Shown here piece by piece: positions 25,966-38,746 of a stretch of DNA of 64,000 nt. Each line of letters starts with the position of its first letter. The first letter of the stretch is position 1. A program made the translations under genes and the position numbers. The stretch is from Blasia pusilla (lineage: Eukaryota). The stretch spans positions 38,068,001-38,132,000 of the forward strand of contig CM114271.1 of NCBI GenBank assembly GCA_050084515.1. The letters are read 5' to 3'. The notes under the pieces were generated by a model. The model was not told the origin of the DNA, did not search any database, and saw only the letters and a list, made by a program, of their open reading frames with translations.

Positions 25966-26769
25966 TTTTATGATTTTCACTTAATTCGGATCTCCTTAGA
26001 ATTTGATGGCATTTACATGTACAAATAGCCACACTATTAGATCCATTCGGTTCCTTTTCTTTTATATATATATCGAAAGATATTAAGCCTATTTCATGGG
26101 ACATCTTTTTTAAAAAAAATTTCTCCTGTTATATCTGGCCAGTCACTCACCTTTGTTGAAACGTGAAGGCATTTACATTTATAATAAATAAAATGGCTCT
26201 TGTGCACATGGAAGGGGTGCGAAAATCGAGACATGGAATCATCGAGATTGGAAATATTTTGGACTAAACGCAACCCAAGAAATATATATATAATAAAACT
26301 GGGCACCCATTTTCTATCCTTTATTACAAGAGAGCTATGGCGTGCACGATCATCTTTGATTCTTCCCTTAGATTTATTTTTTATGTCTTGTATTTTTTTT
26401 TGGGGTGTCTGTTTTATTTATTTTATTTATGGGAATGCATGAAAGGAAGTCACGTGAGCTTGAGGATGTTAATACTATTCTCGCTGCTGTAGATTAAAGA
26501 ATTAATTTATTGCATTAAGTTAGTGGATGTCAATGGTTTGATCTTTCTATTCTCTCGTTCAATCTTTTTTATTTATTTGTACTTAGATGAGCTTCTCTTA
26601 ATCCATGAGGTTATAGTCCATGCCTTTTGCGAATTTTTTAAGGTATAAGACTAGTTCCTTTTTTTTATTTCCCATGCAATCGTCCAAAAAGAAAATAGAT
26701 CGTTCATTATGTAATTCACACTCTAGTCATATGGCATTATTTTTAGGGTTCAATAATGGAAAAAGTGTC

Positions 26770-27103
26770 TAAGGGAGTTTGGGGGGTTAATCGTCTCTTT
26801 GACCATAAAATAATCATCCCGCTTGGATCCTAGCCCATGTTTCTAGGTTTAAAAAAAAACTCTTTTCTTTTAGTTTCTCCCTTTCTCAAATCCATATAAT
26901 ATCAGAGTTGCATGCTCATCCAATGAATAGTGGGGTAAGGGAGTTTGGGGGGTTAATCGTCTCTTTGACCATAAAATAATCATCCCGCTTGGATCCTAGC
27001 CCATGTTTCTAGGTTAAGAAAAAAAACTCTTTTCTTTTAGTTTCTCCCTTTCTCAAATCCATATAATATCAGAGTTGCATGGTCATCCAATGAATAGTGG
27101 GGT
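26770..27103. repeat. Near-perfect tandem duplication of a 166 bp unit
   Basis: taagggagtttggggggttaatcgtctc...ccaatgaatagtgggg starts at 26770 and again at 26936, with only a few differences. Confidence 0.92.
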
Positions 27104-28825
27104 TGCCTTGGACACCCACTAAACCCAAATATTAAGTAAGGTAACACCATCCATGTAACTCACTTAAGTGAAGTGGATTTTTTGAGAGGCCACCATCATG
27201 GGTTGAGTAAACCTAATACTAATATCAAACTTATGAAATAAACATTTGTTCCTATCGGGTTAGATTAAGCTTGCATGGCTACATGCAAAGACCCACTTCC
27301 TATCCAATAACAACCTTGGACAAAGGTGGTCGAATCCAATGACTTGGAGGTTGCGAGGTCCAAATTTACATTTTCATGGTGCACATAAAATCATCAAACA
27401 TTCACAACAACAATAGTTATGTGTCTATTTCTCTTCGTTAGTGGTAGACTTTGGTTTAAATTGGTTGGGATGGTGGCAAAATACATCATTTAGACCCACA
27501 CAAGCATCCTCAATTCCTTACTTTTATGAAATGTCACCAAAACCTTGACTCATCAAATCTAAGTATCAAAAATATATGCACATAAATCAGCCATCGATAT
27601 TGATGAACATTGGTGATGGTGCAAGAAAGCCCCACAATATTTTGAGCAACCAAGCACTTGTAACTTACTTTCAAACCAATTCCAAATGAAGAAACTAACC
27701 TAATGTTGTAATTGGAAAAAGAACATCATCACATTCATAATCAATCAAAAGATAGTTTCCCATAGAAAATTATCATTGTAAAAAAAAGTTTCAGTCCCGA
27801 ATGATTAATTCTTTTCTTGTTACTAAAATTCTCCACACCATGGGTGATGATGAATTTTTTCCATGTCCCCGTGAAATTGAATCTTAATCTTCTCAAAATT
27901 TTCTTATCTATTAATTCAGGAAAACAATCATGGATTTAAATTCTTATTTTTATATCCCTTTATAGTATGGATTTACATTTCATAGAATTTGTATATGTTG
28001 CAATGAAGTTATTTCTTACATGATAATAGAAAACTCCCACAAGAAAAGAATAGGCTATTTGGAAATTGAATGTTGATTTCTACAAGAAGATTTATTTAAA
28101 AGACTCTACGTTTCAGTCATTAATAAAATGAAATTAAATAATATTTTTTCCTATGGTGCTATCCACATTGACCTTTTTGGCATGAAAATCTCTTCCATGC
28201 ATCAACATAATATTAAAACCTATGTGGATCATCAGTGTGGATGCATATTCACTTTTACATGCACACTTCTAAAAATACTTAGATAGGGATTCAATTCAAT
28301 TTTTTTATTCTCTCACTATTAATCCACACACCAGATCCTCTTCTGGAGACTTTGACACTAATTCTCCTATTATAAGGATATTGAATTTAACTTTTCTAGA
28401 ATTGAAAAAAACCTGAAGAAATCCTTATCATTGCCCTTTGCAATTCTCTTGCAATCTTCTCTCTACAATAATGAGATCATAATGTCCGAAATTGGAAGGA
28501 AACTACTTATGTAAAAATGTAAGAAATATACTTCAATTTCCTTTAGAAACATATGAATTCTTAATCGCATGAATCTTTAATTTTCTTGGGAACTCATATG
28601 TTGGAACAAACCAAAATAATGTCCTCCCTATGAAATAAAGATGCCATGGAAAATGCATACTCATTAAGAGGGTGTTATAAGTGGATGCTAATTGGAGGAT
28701 GCAATTTTAGGGTCTAGGCTCCTACACGGGAGTGATTTCTTTCGAAAATATTTTTGATCATTTTAAGAAGTCTTATAAAGATTAGTAAGGAAAGGTACAT
28801 TTAAACACGAGCTATCAATAAAGGA

Positions 28826-29094
28826 TCCGTGCATCCACGGTCCCTTAGTGGTCCTTAGTAACATTAATTATGATATCAAGAAGTGTGGAATCCTCTATCA
28901 TAGAGAATAGAGTGGCAAAAATTTCAATGTTAATATTTTACATTAAAAATGAGATGTATCTATACTATTGACATGCGAAACGGGAAAATGAGACATGTGT
29001 TATTTTTAATCTAGAAGATTTATGGGTAAGGGAGGGCATTCAAGTTCAGGCCTTGGGGAGAACATGGAGGTCCCTTCACGGGTCCTAACTAGTA
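28826..29094 (+). mobile_element. Helitron-like 3' termini (two remnants)
   Basis: A ccgtgcatccacgg hairpin followed by ..cttagt (~28827-28860), and cacgggtcctaactagt (~29077-29093). Both resemble the hairpin plus CTAG(T) Helitron 3' signature. Confidence 0.4.
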
Positions 29095-32000
29095 AATGAT
29101 ATATGGAAAGAGTAAGTGATGTGGATATCTCTTCAAGATAACTAGATCTGTTCAAAATATATTAATTCATGGAACGTGTTACAAATATGATGTACTATCC
29201 TAAACTGGTGTTAAAATTAAAAGTCCTTTTTTTTTCTTCACTGCAAATTTTCCAAATAGAACTAGAAACTCAACCTAAAGGGAAAACTTTTTTGCTAGTA
29301 AGGAAAAACTCCCCTTAAGTTGTCAATTAAATTATTTTAAAGAATCTCAATGACTATTGGCACATTTATGATGCAAAAACTGGATTTATAGTGATCTCCA
29401 AAGGCGTACAAAAACACGCGTTTCAAGAAAAAGGATACGCATGAATTTCCACTAATCGGACGGTTTAGCGACGGAGTGAAAGTAATTAACTCTTCGAGTT
29501 AGACACTATATCCAAAGAAACAATAAGTTCCTTATATGTTACCCGTGATCGGAATCTTTTGAGTTGCTGTCGAATCAGGGCCCGACAGCGCATGCCTAGG
29601 GGAGGATACTTAGGCGTGTGTCCAAGCTCCTCGCAAGCATGACCGTGGACCGAAGACGTCACTGCAGAGGTCATAGAGGGGAATAATTTGGGCCATATCT
29701 ACTCTTAAAAATATCATAAAACAGGAAGAAAAAGCATTATTATTGGAATTATAAAAGAGAGGAGGGGACGAAGGGGCACATACGAGTTTTAATCTTAGGA
29801 TTGAGCTTTTATTATTATTATCTTTCCATTTTGCAGAGCCTTATTCGACGTCTTGAGGTGGAAAAGGATGAAGTGTAAGTCTAGGGACCCCACTTCTTCT
29901 TCCTTTTTCCGACCCCCCACCCCCCAACAAGGCCTCAGATGGAATAAAACAAATAAATAAAACGGTTGTCTCTATATCTGTAGTCATTTCCTCCTCTATT
30001 GATAGCATTGGCCCATGCTCCCAAGAGGGGATTGGAGCTTTTCTCCACATAGGACAACTTAGTGGGGAACACGACGAGGTTAGTTAGAGTTCCATGCCCA
30101 TCTCACCTAGTTGATGCTCTTAAGGGAGGGGTGTGAGCTTGCATTGATGTCTCGTCTTTGTACTTGAGGCTTTTTTTTATTCTTATTTTTGTTTATGCTT
30201 CGTTGGGAGATTCCTGCTTTCTTGATAGGGGAGGAGATTACATCGAAATGGGAGACAAAGTGATCACTTCCTTCATTCTATGATGTCATCTCCTCTAGCA
30301 TCATCGTGCAAGAAAGGAGAGAGGATCTAAATAACGAGAAAAAGGGGGGGGGGGAGGGGAAAGGCATTCAAGTCTTGATTCGTGGGAAAGTTGGCACTTG
30401 TCTTCTACTCACATATTTCTTTCTCTATTTCCTCATGCAAAGGTCATTCTTGGGGGTTGCGAGGTGGGACATCCTCATGTGGATGAGAAAGTGAAAAGTG
30501 TCTTTCTTTGTACATTATCATGCACTTGATCTCCATTATATGATGGGAAATGATGGGACATCATGGAATAGGCGAGAATGTGGCCCCATCTCTTTATGCA
30601 ATATCCTTTCATCCTTGTCTTGTGAGTTTTCTTTCTTCAAGTTGGTGCTTTTTTTTTTCTATGTTTGGAAGTTACAATATAAACATGCCATAAAGTTAGC
30701 CCATGCAGATTTCATGTCTCTTGTTTTTTTCTTTGTTATGAGTTTTATTTCTTATTTTACATCTATACTTTTAAGGAAATAGGGGTCTTCGTCTAAGTGG
30801 AAATATATTTCTTCGATTGAAGTATTCTATGATTAACTCTCGTCTTCTATTTATTTGAAATATGTTTTTAATCAACTAACGTTACTTGGTGAAATTTTTA
30901 TGTGTGCGTTTTTACGGCCATGTATATAAAGTTGATGGCACCTTGGTTAAGGTCTTGTTGGGAGGTGTGAAATGTTGGATTTACCATTAGACTTCGCTAG
31001 GGCTTGTCATCTTCATCCCAACCGAAACACCATTTTTTTATCATGAACAAACTTACATCCAAAATATGAAATGAATACCCCTTAGACAAGGTGAGGGGGT
31101 ACAAGCTTTAGCAAGAGTCAAAAAAATTATTTCAGTTACTGCCTACCCATGTATAAACATGTCTAGGTCTATACTTCCATCCCTGCAGCTTTTTGACTTA
31201 GATTTTCCCATCATTTGTAAAATAAAATCAGAATTATTTGATATTGGGGGACTTAGGATTTCAGAATTGATCACATTGTTACATTAGATCTATATTTACA
31301 TGGGTATGACGTCCATGTTAAGAAATAATTTATAAGACCTAATTTTATGAACCTTGTTGAGGAGATAGATCATTTAAAGGTCAAAATCTATGAATTAAAT
31401 TCTGGGTTACAGTTAATTGATCCAAATCTTCATGGTGGATTTTTTAAGGTCAAATTTAAAGAAATTTTTTTTTGCTGAAAATAAAATTTTAATGATTATG
31501 TGATAAGAGAAAGATTTTGTTTCATACACTCGGTCTCCATATATTTCAAAACTCTAACCAACTTAGGGAATAATCTAAGGTCGTATATGGACTCGTTATT
31601 AGTAATATACATAGAATTATGCATGTGATCTTGGCCTAACAAGGGCCATCTCACATTAGAGTCATCACATTTGTAATTAAACTTGTTTACTTTTGTTTAC
31701 TATTATTGGTGTTAGCTTCTCTTATGTTGAATGCTAAAATTACACAATGTGTCCAAAGCCTTCACACATGTCAATATGCCATTGGACATTTTGAGATACC
31801 CATGGGAAAAAGTCATCTTTCCTTCTTCTTAAAGAGTTTATGGAAACACTTACTCGAAATTTTCATTGGGAATACCCTCCAAGAAAATATGTTATCACTC
31901 ACCAAAAATATCCTCTAGAAATAGATGCAAAAAATATTTATAGAATAGCCAAAATTTTAACGTGGTAGAGCCTCAATTTTTCTATTTTCCCTAAGGTAAT

Positions 32001-33197
32001 AGGATTTATACCCTCTAGTAAAAATTGATTGATTGATTGATATATATATATATATATATTATTTATTAGCGTTAGATACGTCTCGTTGAATTTTTTTAAA
32101 AGTACACTTCTTACTTCTAAAATTTCCTTTATTTAGATCTTAATTTAAATTTTGAATGTATTTAGAAAAGAGAAACATCATCATTACACAAGGAAAATTA
32201 TATTTTTCACATAAATTAAATAATATAATTTTTAATTTTAATTGAGAAATTATTTAGTGGAAAAATTCCTCTTAGAAAAGAGTCCTAGAATTCTATTTTA
32301 TTTTCCAAAATCTTTAAGTCATCATAACGATCCATGAATAAAAGCATATTCGCCACTGTTGTATTGTTGCTTCATCGCCTAACATGCCATATTTAATCGA
32401 CTCAAGAATATTTTACTAAAGTTTCTATCCTAGATCTTGATGAGTGCTACCCAACTTCAAATTTCCCTCCTTACTTTGTACTAGGAATTTGGAGCTCATG
32501 CCTCGTGATGCATAAGGTTAGATGGATGGAAATGAAAAAAGGTAAGAAAAGAAGTCGATGAAATTCCAATGAGACAAATATATGGTTTGCTGTTTTTTTA
32601 TTAAATATTTCCAAACATGGAAGTGTAATCTGAAAACTTTCAAGGTATGATATTTCCAGCATAATGTTTCCCATATTGGACATTTCACTTGAAAATATTA
32701 TTATCAGATATTTATGACCTCTCAAAAAATGGAGGACTACAATCTCAAGGCTTTGGAAACATGTTGCAATTCTTAAGTTCAAAAGGCTAAAAGGTAATGT
32801 AAATAATACGTTACATACATTGTTAGCTGAATTGTTTCCACAATTATGAAAACTATAACATGAAAAGGTTATATTTTCAAAAACCTTACAATCTCTCATC
32901 ATTTTGGAATATTATTAATTTTACCCAAAAAAATCAAAATTTTAATCTTAACTTTCCCCACAACCAAGCTTGGAGATGAAACAATCTTAGTAAGAAAAAT
33001 CTGCATAACATTAGAAAAAAATCATTAGGAGGGAGACTTGAGAAGTTTACACAGAAATTGGGAATTCTTTTTAAAATTTATAAAAAAAAGTAGGATAAAG
33101 ACTTGGGCAAAGAATTTGAGATATTTAATTGAATTAAAATATTAGTAATACATAAATAATAATTTTTTTCTAATTTTCTCTACTTTAGTTTAAAATA

Positions 33198-33975
33198 ATA
33201 CTAGTGGGGCGTGCAATGCGCATATGTATATTTTTGAATTACACATCCTAAGAGTACAATTGACTTAGGCTTGTGAGTGATTCTATTGACTAAAAAGGAC
33301 ATGTGTTAAAAAGAAAAGTGATGTGATAATGAAGAGGCACTCTCCAAACATAATATGGATTCAAAGAAATTAAAATATAAAAAGCTTCATGAGAGAGTTT
33401 GTAAACAGGAAGCAAGGACATATAATGACACAATTTTTCTTCAAAATTTATTTTTATTTGACCTTCATCATAGATAGGCCAAACTAACTAATTAACTATC
33501 AAGATATATATATATTATTATTATATGGGAACATGAGAGCCTAAAGAGTTTTATTGTGCCCAATTTTTGTCTTGTAGGCAATAACTCGGTCCAACGGATA
33601 CTAATTCTTCCCATATATTGTAAGTTATGTTTCCAAATTCCATTTTATTTGCAAATTTTCCACTGAATCCCTAGTAGCCTTCATTAACTCTTAAAAACTA
33701 GTTTTTGAGATATCAAAATTATCGCCAAGATACAATTGGGGTCAATTCATTGTCGAAAGTAAAGTGAGCTCATTTCTAAATGCTGTAATCTATTGACCTG
33801 ATCACCAGATTGACCCCAAGAATCAACCCGGAGTGTCTATGGACGTGTGTCGTAATCGTATTCACTGAAAAAATCGAAAATGAAAAGTGTTTGAAAATAA
33901 AACAATACTAGGTAGTGCTATGCACGGGATGTATAATTTTGAATTATCCATCCTCAATGTACAATTGAATTTGAA
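33198..33975 (-). mobile_element. Two homologous Helitron-like 3' ends
   Basis: tactagtggggcgtgcaatgcgcatatgtatatttttgaattacacatcct..gtacaattga (~33199-33263) and tactaggtagtgctatgcacgggatgtataattttgaattatccatcct..gtacaattga (~33906-33968). On the - strand each reads as a palindrome followed by CTAGT. Confidence 0.45.
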
Positions 33976-35618
33976 TAATTTTATTAACTTGAAAGACTAA
34001 TAATAGTTCAAAACAAATCCAAATAATACAAACTTAAAAAAGCCATATGTCAAAAAATAAATAGACCCTCCGATAATAAATATTTTTTCCATAATAATAT
34101 AACCCTCCATTGTATCCCATTCTTATGTCACGACCGTCTAACTAACATTGGGGTTGTCTAGTCCTTCTCGTACAAGAACCATGACCCGAGGCCGACTGCA
34201 ACAATTCTAACAAACCGCCAAACTCCACGTGGACTCCTCAGAGCAGAAGCAAGTACCGGAGACCGGCTACAGCCTACAGCCCCTTGAAGGAGACTGCCAC
34301 TGGACTGGTGAGTCGGTGACTGACCTTCTAGCTTTGCCGGTCCTAGTCCCGTTCCTCCCTCGGAGGCTCGGAGACCCTCCCCAACGCGACCCCGACCCGC
34401 TTTGGACCGTTGCAATGATTTAAACGGCGAGCAAACGCGGAGAACGCAGCCTAAATTTACGACCATACCACCGGTGGGTCCCGCAGAAGTCCAGACTCCA
34501 GACTCCAGAAAGCGCAGCGGAAAGGCAATCGCTTGTCCGTACGCCCCGCATGGATGATGGATGGATGAACGAGTGGATCATCATGGACGATGGACGGGCC
34601 GAGTTCGTACACTCTGATCCCAGCCAGACCACTTGAATATCCGTCCGTCCGTCCGTCCATTCGACTCTGTTGTCGTAGATGCGGTGGATGGTGTAGAGCA
34701 CCCGTAGTACCGTACAGATCCGGCGACACAGGCACGGACGGCGTGAGCACGGATGGACTCATGGAGCGCACGGCGGCTGGGAATTCGCGGACGACTCCCG
34801 GCGTATGTCTTTCCGTCCGTGGCGTTGCGTCCTGCGCGTTTCCAGAGGAAGAGAGAGAGAGAGAGGGTCCGCTGTGTGTGGGGTTTCAGGTGATTGCGCT
34901 TTCCCCTCTTTTGTGGCGCGAGATGCAACGCCATGGAAAGAAGAGGGAGGCGGATTCGAGATGGATTCTGGCGCGTGAGGCAAGCAATCGGAGGGGACGC
35001 CATGGAAACAGACGGGAGCGACGGGGAGGCTGGGAGTGGGAGACGGATGCGTGGGCGGTACTCCAGAGGATGTGGGTGAGAGGATTTGGCATTCATTCCC
35101 TTTGCTGCGGGAAACGAATCTGCTCCGGATTCTGGAGATGGAGGGAGAGGCGTGCGTGGATATTGAATGAAGCGGGTGTCTCAGAGTCTCTGTGTCCCTT
35201 GGGGATTTCGTGGTCCGTGCGTGAAGGGCTAAGCTGAAGAGTACTCGGTGCCTTCTCCTCTGCGCAGTGGTCACGGGCGCGCCATTCGAGCTCGAAGCTT
35301 TGGCGGTTTGATGTGCTCATCTTGCACGATTTCTGAAGGGATTCCGACTTCGAGACCGGACGGAGCCGACACGCGCCGCGATTGAAGCGATGTTTTGACA
35401 TTTCATGATTGCAGCGAAATGGGAGAGACCACGCCTGTATGCATTGCACCTCCGAATGCCAGGAGAAAGTTCAGCGCTCTGGAATTGGCGGATTTCGTCG
35501 CGTCGATGATTCAAACGCTCTGTTAATAAAGTCGGCAGATCGGGAGGGCTGGGGATCATTCATGCGCTCGCGTGTCTCGCGCAATCAGTCTACCGTTCGC
35601 GAGGTGCCATGGAAGCGA

Positions 35619-35693
35619 TGGGTTTTTTTCCATCACTCGTTTTTATCGAAGTGCATCTTCTTTTTTCTTCTTTTTTTCTTTTTCTTTTTTTTT
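35619..35693 (+). mobile_element. 5'-truncated retrocopy of the non-LTR 3' end, with T/TTC tail and 11-bp TSD
   Basis: tgggtttttttccatcactcgtttttatcgaagtgcatcttc matches 346-384 apart from a longer T run. It is followed by a T-rich tail and flanked by CATGGAAGCGA at 35608-35618 and 35694-35704. Confidence 0.85.
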
Positions 35694-36276
35694 CATGGAA
35701 GCGAGTAATGCGTCCGAAGTTAGGAACGTGACAGAACCGCGAGACGAAAACTCTCTGGTAGTGCAGTGCACTGAGTGCACTGACCTCTCTACGTTCATAC
35801 CTAGGTCTGCTGGCATACGAGTTCGCATTATCAACAACGCTCCGAATAATCAATGCGCCAGCAGAATGAGAGCCGGCCTCATTCCTCCTTCACCATTGAC
35901 CAGAGCCTCAAAGTCCCCCCCCCCCAACCTCAGATCTCATTCTCAAGTCCCGCATTCCCCCCTGCACACATGCGGGTCGTTCTCTAGGTAAGAAGAAGGA
36001 CGTGCATTAAACCACATTTCGGGTTTCGGAACCCCGACAGCACAGCGGTACTCCTTTGGCGCAAACAAGTCGACATTTAAGACCTGTCAGTAAAGGACGA
36101 GCGTCTGACAATCGCCACAGGACTCCGGAGTCTGGAGAAATCTCAACTGTGACTACCATGGGGGATTACGACGAAGTGCGCACCGGTCGGTCGGTGACTC
36201 TGGTCTACCCCTACTCCTCCTGGGACGGGCTCATAGCCTCATAGTCTGAGGCCACTGCTTTTTATCGCTTTTTAAG

Positions 36277-36375
36277 AGCAATAAAATATATATGTAGAAA
36301 AAGGATGGGAAACCATCACGATACCAAAGAGGGGGGGGCATGGAGACCCAAAAAATAGAACCGGCCCCGAGGCTG
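36277..36375 (-). mobile_element. 99-bp insertion with 14-bp TSD, related to the non-LTR 3' UTR
   Basis: Flanked by TATCGCTTTTTAAG at 36263-36276 and 36376-36389. The - strand reads cccccctctttggta..gatggtttcccatc..ttttt, compared with ccccctcttttgta..gatgggttttccatc..ttttt at 325-368. Confidence 0.7.
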
Positions 36376-38746
36376 TATCGCTTTTTAAGGCTCTCGGTCC
36401 GCGCCACGGTTCAAAGGAAATCAGCGCAATGAATGCACCGAGTTTTGGGGATTGTGAGAGTTCATCCTAAGTTCAAAACCGCAGCTATTTCTTCTCCGTT
36501 CGCCTCGCACTGTCCACACTCCAACCGTCTTACTATTCCTCGGAGTTCTTTCTCGCAGACAGTAGAGACGATTCGCGGTTACAGCGAGAGAAAGAAAAGA
36601 CATGAAGTGAAATAATCTTTTCTCGTTTCTTCCTCTGCTCTGCTCTCGTCCGGATCGATGAGGAAAGGAAACGAATGGCTATAAGAACTGCTTGTTTGCG
36701 TGCAGCCTATAGTTTCCCTAATAGCGACGGGGATCAAACAAACCACTGCGCAATGTTCGGGCCGGCGACATAGAGGCTTCTGACAAGCACTCCGAGATGA
36801 AATGCGAAGGCCACTTCCGTAGCAGCGACGGCAGAAGCGCAATTGCCTCACAATTGCGCTTGTGAGGCAATTGCTCATGCACTTGCCTCCTGTCTCCGAG
36901 GAGGGGGTCCAGAACACAGATTCGCATCCCTCGCCGCACCCGCTGGACTGGCCCCTCCATTCGCCTTTTCAGATCAAGACATGTCGTGTAAAAAAAGGCT
37001 ACTAGTCTCCGAGGAATCCGAGAGCCTATTATCCCCATCTCGCACTCCATCTCCTTGCGGGTGCCCTGGCGGTGAGAGCGGGGCGTTGATGAGGCGAGAA
37101 GAGGAAACCTTCCACGCCTGTGGTCCGCCATCGCCATCGGGTACCACCGACTCGCCGGCAGAGCTCACCGCCGATTATTGTCGTCGAGCTCCGCTGCTCC
37201 CGCATACTCTGCGGATCAGACGGCGTCGAGGCGAGCGCGAGGGAGCTTGAAATCCTCGTACTGTGTGGGCAACACGAATACTACAGCGTTCTGCAGAGCA
37301 AGCGTGCTTCTTGCATTCGGCGGCTCCGGCCATTCCGAGCTTTTGCGCTCTCGTAGTTCCCGGTTTTCAACGGCACTAGCGCCTTCGGAAACCTGGACGA
37401 GGATCCACGCAAGCAGCGAGAGTGGTTGTTTCTTGCTGTATCAAAAGAAAAAACTAATGGCTCGAAGCTCTCCACCCGAGTGGAGAGACATTTGCGTAAG
37501 GAGCAGGTGCGTGAAATCTTGGTAAATCCATGAGGGCTACTCATGGCTCGAAGCTCGACCCGCGTAGAGAAGCGAAGAAGCTGCAATGGCGGCCACTTTG
37601 TTTCCGGAGGCTATGGATGGGAACTGGACCACACGCCAGTTGCATATCTCGTACGAATGGGAGAAATTTTACTTGTGGATCTTCCACACATGTTTTCCGG
37701 TTCTGGAAAGAGCCCAATCCCCATCGATTTCGTTAGCTGCTGACGGTAGCTTCCGCCAGCAGCTAACGAGATCGTTGTAGGAGCTGAAAGAAACCATGGC
37801 AGACAGAAGTGCAATTGAGAGCCGATGCACAGGTGGCTAGTCCAGTCCATTCATGCTGCAGGGTTACAATCGGAACAGCAGTGTGCCATACGCCATTTTC
37901 CGAATTTTTCGTCTCCTTATTAAACTCGCTGGATAGAACAGAAGGATAAATTCTGCAGAGATATGAACATTGAATACGCTTTCTGCAGTCCCAGGACGAC
38001 CTGTTCAGTCACCTAAAAGCCGTTTGTTTTGCGAGCTTAAGCAACCGTTTTATGAACATGCTCTCAACTTGAGATGGAAACTATCTCACTCACTTGTCTG
38101 CGAAAGCCTTCGCATAGACAACTCGGTAGCCACAATACAGTCAGCATTTGACACATTCAAAACGTCCAAATCGTTTCAGACACACAGATATGTCTTTCCA
38201 ACCACTAGGATCTGACCATGATGCTGCTTTCCAGCTGAAAGCTAGCACCACAGAGGACCAATGAGTTCGTCCTCGCTAACAGGACCCAACAAGAGATTCC
38301 CATGTCCTACGGGGAAAGAGCTGCCCCAGTGGCTGTAGCCATGTCCTAAGGATTTGTGCCAGACAGCCTTCCAGTCCCCGACATGCTGGAGGTTGCAACA
38401 GTTGTTCCAAAAATGCAGGCTGCGGTGCCTCCGATACATTTTCGAGGATGCTCAACCATCTTCCAGGCAGCAATCTGCAAACGACATAAATCAGGGGTGT
38501 GCTGTATGTTTCTTCCGAAGCATGAGAACTGACGGTCTGCGTATACCCTGAAAATGATTCCCCAAAGTGCGCCACAGGGGCTGATCTGGACAGATGGTCT
38601 TAGGAGGTAACCTTGTTCTGAATCGCAAGGCTCAAGAGCAATGGTGGTGAACCTCCATAAAAACGGGTGCTACTAGAATTTTACATCCTGTCTCAACAGA
38701 AAAAACTACAATAGAATGAACTCCAAAGAATTGACTTTGCGCGCAC

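Noticed and set aside
35760-35792. miR408-like TGCACTG sequence
   Set aside because: Only a short match, with no precursor hairpin.
34158-35991. ORFs up to 215 aa on both strands
   Set aside because: Low-complexity GC-rich frames with no recognisable homology, so not called as CDS.
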